Below are positions 60,501 to 64,000 of a stretch of 64,000 nt of DNA, piece after piece. Under the pieces are notes generated by a model. It was not told the DNA's origin. It worked only from the letters and a program-made list of their open reading frames with translations, and did not search any database. Made by a program: the position numbers and the translations under genes. The number at the start of each line of letters is the position of its first letter. Positions within the stretch are counted from its first letter, which is position 1. The DNA comes from Escherichia coli. Lineage in GTDB: Bacteria > Pseudomonadota > Gammaproteobacteria > Enterobacterales > Enterobacteriaceae. Where the stretch lies: NCBI RefSeq assembly GCF_022846255.1, contig NZ_AP025682.1; one strand, written 5' to 3'.

Positions 60501-62003
60501 TTGCGATTCGCCCTGAAATTTGTCTCTTTTATATCCGTCACGCTCCGTTTCCAGACCACCCAACGTCTTTTGTAGTTTATCGTATGACTGTCTGAGGACA
60601 TGGCTTTCCCTGTCCATCTGCCCTAATTCTTCCTCAAGCGTAGCCTCCTGCTGGCGATGTCTGTCGATTGCCCACTCTAATGTGCCCAAGGCTTCGCCAG
60701 CAGTACGCTCGAAAATCACCTGTAGCGGCCTTTCCGTTTCACTTTGGAATACCTTCAGATCTTCATCTGCCTGGCGGTACTCATTCAGGGCCTTAGCATA
60801 GGCTTTGTAGTCTATAGCAGCGTGAGTAATCTCAATCTGGTGCTGATTGGTATCGGCTTCGTCTTGAAGCGCATCGACTATCGCTTTTTGTTTGTCGAAC
60901 TGATGCTGCACGAGATCATATTCAAGCAGTGCTCTGCGCTTACCTAACTGCTCACGCAGAGACATCGCCTGGCCAATATGTGTTTGCAAACTATCCATGT
61001 TATCTTCAAGCTGCGTCTGTTCAACCTGAGCATCCCCGACAAAGGCTGCGAGATCGCGCATTGCTTCTCGGAAGCCATCATCCAGCAGTTGCTGCTGTGC
61101 CTGGATGCTTTCCAGCTGTTTAGCCGGATCAAGAAACGCCAGCCAGTTAGCCAGCACATCCTTCAGGAAGGACTCGTTACGACGAATCCCCTCTAACTCT
61201 CCCTGACGCTCAACTTCATGCGCTACCAGTTCCCGCAGCCGCTCAGCCGCATCTTTAGACATGGTGCAGGCGAAGAACGCGCCAAGGAAATCATGTTCAG
61301 TTTTGTATTCGATAAAACGGGTCAGGCCACCTTCTTCGGAGTTGAAGGTCACCATTGTTTTGATAAGATCAACGTTAATTTGTTGTTCCAGTAAAAATGC
61401 GCGCCACTCGTTCTGTCTGGTGGTTTTACGCCAATGCATACCGCCTTCACTACCGGCCTTGAGATTAAGCCAGCTATCAAAACTGCGCAGGCTATTGGCA
61501 TAGGGGCGCAGCTCAGAATTGCGTTCCGCGCGGGAATAAGAAGGGACTTCATCAAACGGCGCGCCCATCAGGGAGTCGGGCGCATCACAAATAAACAGTG
61601 TCCGGTCAACATCATCTCCATTACGCTGATGAGCATGTCCTAGTAATAACGTTTGTCCTGATTCATTGACCATCTCAACCAAAACAACAGAGAGTTCTTT
61701 ATAGAAGTAATTGCGGTAGTGGTATTCACTCTGGCGATGATTTGCCAGATATTGGGTGAAGTCACTAACGGACGGCTCAAAAATCGATAACAGCAGCGCG
61801 ATGTAGGTCGACTTACCACCCCCATTCACAAGCTGCTGATAAGTACTGGTCACCACCTTCGCATTCCTGACGGGCGAGCGCAGACCTTCAACAACAGGGC
61901 TACTGACCGCTTGAGACAGGCCAATATAGTCCAGTGTGAGGTCCTTGTAGAAAGCTTCTTCATGGCCTGCACCATCCATATAAACCCGTTTAATCAGCCA
62001 CAT
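57567..62003 (-). CDS. jetC: Wadjet JetC-like SMC-family ABC ATPase (MksF/MukB-like), 1478 aa
   Basis: N-terminal Walker A (VNGGGKSTY), ~1000 aa of coiled-coil-like sequence, C-terminal ABC signature (LEGSGGQR) and Walker B-like (FLLADNP). Confidence 0.7.
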   Translation of the reverse strand: MWLIKRVYMDGAGHEEAFYKDLTLDYIGLSQAVSSPVVEGLRSPVRNAKVVTSTYQQLVNGGGKSTYIALLLSIFEPSVSDFTQYLANHRQSEYHYRNYFYKELSVVLVEMVNESGQTLLLGHAHQRNGDDVDRTLFICDAPDSLMGAPFDEVPSYSRAERNSELRPYANSLRSFDSWLNLKAGSEGGMHWRKTTRQNEWRAFLLEQQINVDLIKTMVTFNSEEGGLTRFIEYKTEHDFLGAFFACTMSKDAAERLRELVAHEVERQGELEGIRRNESFLKDVLANWLAFLDPAKQLESIQAQQQLLDDGFREAMRDLAAFVGDAQVEQTQLEDNMDSLQTHIGQAMSLREQLGKRRALLEYDLVQHQFDKQKAIVDALQDEADTNQHQIEITHAAIDYKAYAKALNEYRQADEDLKVFQSETERPLQVIFERTAGEALGTLEWAIDRHRQQEATLEEELGQMDRESHVLRQSYDKLQKTLGGLETERDGYKRDKFQGESQRNELCEAGLIQKDETPVAAQYRLELTLRDAKQSEELANTILHQKEQALEAQLNVVREASIEKSEAQQKLILAKQKHQSAVDSALLLAKTYQKLPSSTRHDLDIEDTSWHSELCGLQLDKVLNANAQTLNGMKERLLQARHELDELRVTGHELVAKQVNEALEAFYAAGIARDKLWTFPHYLASAHNDDAQKIAAVIDQNPGRYLSLVALDNVTFEQVHKISEILPWKKAPIAIYLLDEAQDLRRETSELVQVVLSNPDKHGYSQAAYETRLQDLENTVASQEVSVKAAESALKVLESFRNDWSRHYEQYGKHWAGLLDQRELALLILENADAALKQAEHDEQTLRDEKRDVQVRLNNAQQQKIQAEKAHDKVSLFVEKEWAKRETAIMKLEQLAAQIQRSKNTLYTQRERLERLSELEKNKRSEKTLLIIQIGSWSNLCNEPFYSEITATEGMEGRSPEYAHEMAAQAHKKLLEAANGDQVTVLKQQLKDAEQAQRYASDRLTAQPTYNTYPDEVKAAAINELTVINNSIVRLKEQQKQFTQNLISSQVTLQKFSQSCEEASKALDEDFVWEEKPIEIEAIQTSLAEIVNNLYAIEHQIKFLLEQKTLLLRKIENVKERLQNAKTAQAMIQPITPSSAAGLPGRILSITEYADDLAAQCQVYAGLNETLKQQNMRVSTVWGKFRKRIEEELAKDPDARASQEYLRPLDSIATYHEVLGDLERVGTGISQVFEAVQDSLEQFQRSIDLTVTHLTAHLEGAIKLLRRAMSVKIPEDCPVLPGRPIIKMTDRLNDVAADIRGFASSRLQQWIARGQIPRAPNRDALTADLVQSVFGEGELEVRLLKTNASRPQWTPVTRLEGSGGQRLTSAFLLFVTVGKVREYDTGISSAGFLLADNPLGKSNANDLMRIQTQMAKAYKIQLIYLTGISDENAQSMFDNHLFLNKVQKLRRRDLVTVDKERHALWAASLAAKPQFDPVI

Positions 62004-62005
62004 AC

Positions 62006-62902
62006 TTAAATCTCCGTCAAGCGTTGCGTTTCTGTGGTTCCAGTTGTAACTGGACGTTCATTGAGCGAAGGAAACTCCAGGGTATCTGCTAATGCTGCAA
62101 GATCGCTTTCAGCTAAATCGGACGACCGTTCTTCTACGGCTGGACTGATGCTCATGACAAAGCGCACCGTCTCTTCGATGCCAGTATGGCGCAGATAATG
62201 TTTGAGTTTTTGGGTCGGATACCAGTCGGACTCTCCCGACAAACTGCTGTCTTCGGCCAGAAAGCCTTCCTCCTGCAGCAGTTGTATCCAGCGCGTTGCC
62301 ATTTCTGTTTGCGAGCGAATACTTGAGACACGCCCTACCTTTTCGTCGTGAATACGGGGAATACGTTCTTCCTGCACAAACCTGGCCGCCATAAGTAGGC
62401 CATCTACGGTATCGTCACCCTCGGCCTTGCGCTGGGCAATCACCTGGTCGGCAACATTATTGAGCCTGGCTACCACCGAGGCTGCATTAATGGCGTTACT
62501 CTGACCGAACTCGACACGAACGGTGTCTGGAGTTGGAAACAAATCAGCCAGCAACGCAATCAGAGTTAAGCCTGCAAACAGGCGCTGTTCTTTCCGTTCC
62601 TTACCCTGTTGCTCAGCCATTGTTTCAGGTAGCAAGCGTTTGTTCAGCCAACCCAAAGATGGGGAAAACGGACCTCGGCCATCTGCAGCCAGTAATACCC
62701 CGTAGGTCTCATGAATCCCGAGATACCGCAATTTCATACCTGTCGCGACGCCACGGATAATCTCTGTGAACAGGGCATCACCTTGCAGATCAAGAGCACG
62801 TTGAATCAGCTCATCCCCCATTTTATATCCCAGTGAATTCATAATTGCCTGCGTGGCAATCTCGGCGTAGCGTTTAGTTTGTTGATGCGCGTTGTCGTAC
62901 AT
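62006..62902 (-). CDS. jetB: Wadjet JetB-like (MksE-like) subunit, 298 aa
   Basis: Acidic ~300-aa protein between the jetA-like and SMC-like genes; assignment by synteny and size. Confidence 0.55.
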   Translation of the reverse strand: MYDNAHQQTKRYAEIATQAIMNSLGYKMGDELIQRALDLQGDALFTEIIRGVATGMKLRYLGIHETYGVLLAADGRGPFSPSLGWLNKRLLPETMAEQQGKERKEQRLFAGLTLIALLADLFPTPDTVRVEFGQSNAINAASVVARLNNVADQVIAQRKAEGDDTVDGLLMAARFVQEERIPRIHDEKVGRVSSIRSQTEMATRWIQLLQEEGFLAEDSSLSGESDWYPTQKLKHYLRHTGIEETVRFVMSISPAVEERSSDLAESDLAALADTLEFPSLNERPVTTGTTETQRLTEI

Positions 62903-62904
62903 AA

Positions 62905-64000
62905 CTACTCCTCAAAGGGGTATAAGGGAGCAACCGTTAACAGTTTGATATTGTTAGCCCGCCAGAGCGTTGTTTCGATAGCGCCGTCTATCTCCACTTC
63001 TATTGCGGGATCGCTGTTAGCTGCCAGGCTGCCAATATGGAGTAAACAAACCTGTTGCTCTTGTTCGGATAATTCTTCGCCCTCATAGGCGTCAAAAACA
63101 TCTCTAAAGCTCACATGCCCCCAATTCTTCAATCGGTCACTAACCCAATCGCTGCATTTTTTAATGACAGATTCAGGGATACCTCGCAGGTTGGTTTCAA
63201 TAGCTACAGGCTGATCGGTGAGGTCCTGTATCTCATGTGGAAGCGCCTGTTCAAATCTATCGAGATAAAGGTTCAGCAGCGCCTCAAGGTCAAACAGAAT
63301 GTGCCGATCATCATCCTGTCTTCGGGGAGCCAACAGGCGTGCGGTGAGATCATCGATTTCCTTTTCGACAGTGTCGGGGGAATGAGACAGCAAGGGCTTG
63401 AGTGCACCTTTTTCCAGTGTTTCCCGAAAGAGGGTATTATCTCTGGGAATAATGAGTTTCAGACGAGCTCGCTCAAAATCTTTATTCACATCCAGTAAGC
63501 AGTCTTGATAGCGCTGCGTAAAAGCGCAGACCTCAGCAAAAATCTCCTGTGCTCTACGTAGCTTATTTAATTTGTCGGGATTTAATTTCGAAATTCCTTC
63601 AACCAGCATTTCGGTAATGGCCGACATTGAGTTCTGGATATGTTCCAAAACCTCTCGGGTTTTATCAAAGGAATCATTGAGTACGGGACGGATATCGTGT
63701 GCATAAGATGCACTCAAATCACCAGACTGGGCGGCACGCACTTTCATCCGCATTCCAATCAGATATTGCTCCAGTTGCCGCTGTGTTGATTGGATTTGGT
63801 GTACTGCCTTGTCGATCTCTCCGCGACGGATCGTTTTAAGCGTGCGCCAGGCCAGAATCGCAGCGCGTTCTATCGGCGTTTCATCCAAGCGCAGGGTATA
63901 GAACAACATTCCTTCATCAGTCAGCGACCAGAGAATATCATCTGAGCCGGATAGCTGGTCATAGCGTACCAGACGGACTATCTGCTCTTCGGAATGCGTT
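62905..64000 (-). CDS. jetA: Wadjet JetA-like (MksB-like) subunit, partial; N-terminus lies beyond the window end
   Basis: Reading frame stays open from 62905 to the window edge (the track ORF starts at an internal Met at 63909); 2-bp gap to jetB. Confidence 0.55.
   Translation of the reverse strand, partial: THSEEQIVRLVRYDQLSGSDDILWSLTDEGMLFYTLRLDETPIERAAILAWRTLKTIRRGEIDKAVHQIQSTQRQLEQYLIGMRMKVRAAQSGDLSASYAHDIRPVLNDSFDKTREVLEHIQNSMSAITEMLVEGISKLNPDKLNKLRRAQEIFAEVCAFTQRYQDCLLDVNKDFERARLKLIIPRDNTLFRETLEKGALKPLLSHSPDTVEKEIDDLTARLLAPRRQDDDRHILFDLEALLNLYLDRFEQALPHEIQDLTDQPVAIETNLRGIPESVIKKCSDWVSDRLKNWGHVSFRDVFDAYEGEELSEQEQQVCLLHIGSLAANSDPAIEVEIDGAIETTLWRANNIKLLTVAPLYPFEE

Overview
This window looks like an Escherichia coli chromosomal segment (not K-12-like in its accessory content) spanning the uxuRBA / type 1 fimbriae (fimB-fimH) / nanCMS neighbourhood, followed by a ~33 kb horizontally acquired defence island and the start of a further defence cluster. 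All calls rest on reading motifs and recalled protein sequences; no database search was run. Core genes on the left: a DhaM-HPr-EI fusion PTS protein, iraD, uxuR, uxuB, uxuA, an internally deleted gntP remnant, fimHGFDCIA (minus strand), the fimS invertible switch (apparently phase OFF), fimE, fimB, and nanC-nanM-nanS. After nanS comes an IS4-family transposase remnant and an AT-rich orphan ORF, then the most interesting candidate: a four-gene, translationally coupled operon (SNF2 helicase, 1644-aa N6-adenine-type methyltransferase, 2113-aa DEAD-box/DUF1998 helicase with a C-terminal nuclease-like motif, UvrD-like helicase). It resembles DISARM class 1 but has an atypical architecture and may be an undescribed variant. 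Next to it are Druantia type III-like druH-druE and Zorya type II zorA-zorB-zorE. The island is closed by a decayed chimeric nanM'-'nanS copy that forms a diverged direct repeat with the intact genes. Beyond it lie two HNH nuclease genes (one apparently frameshifted), a PD-(D/E)XK-like nuclease gene and a Wadjet jetABCD cluster (jetA runs off the window). No rRNA, tRNA or CRISPR array was seen.
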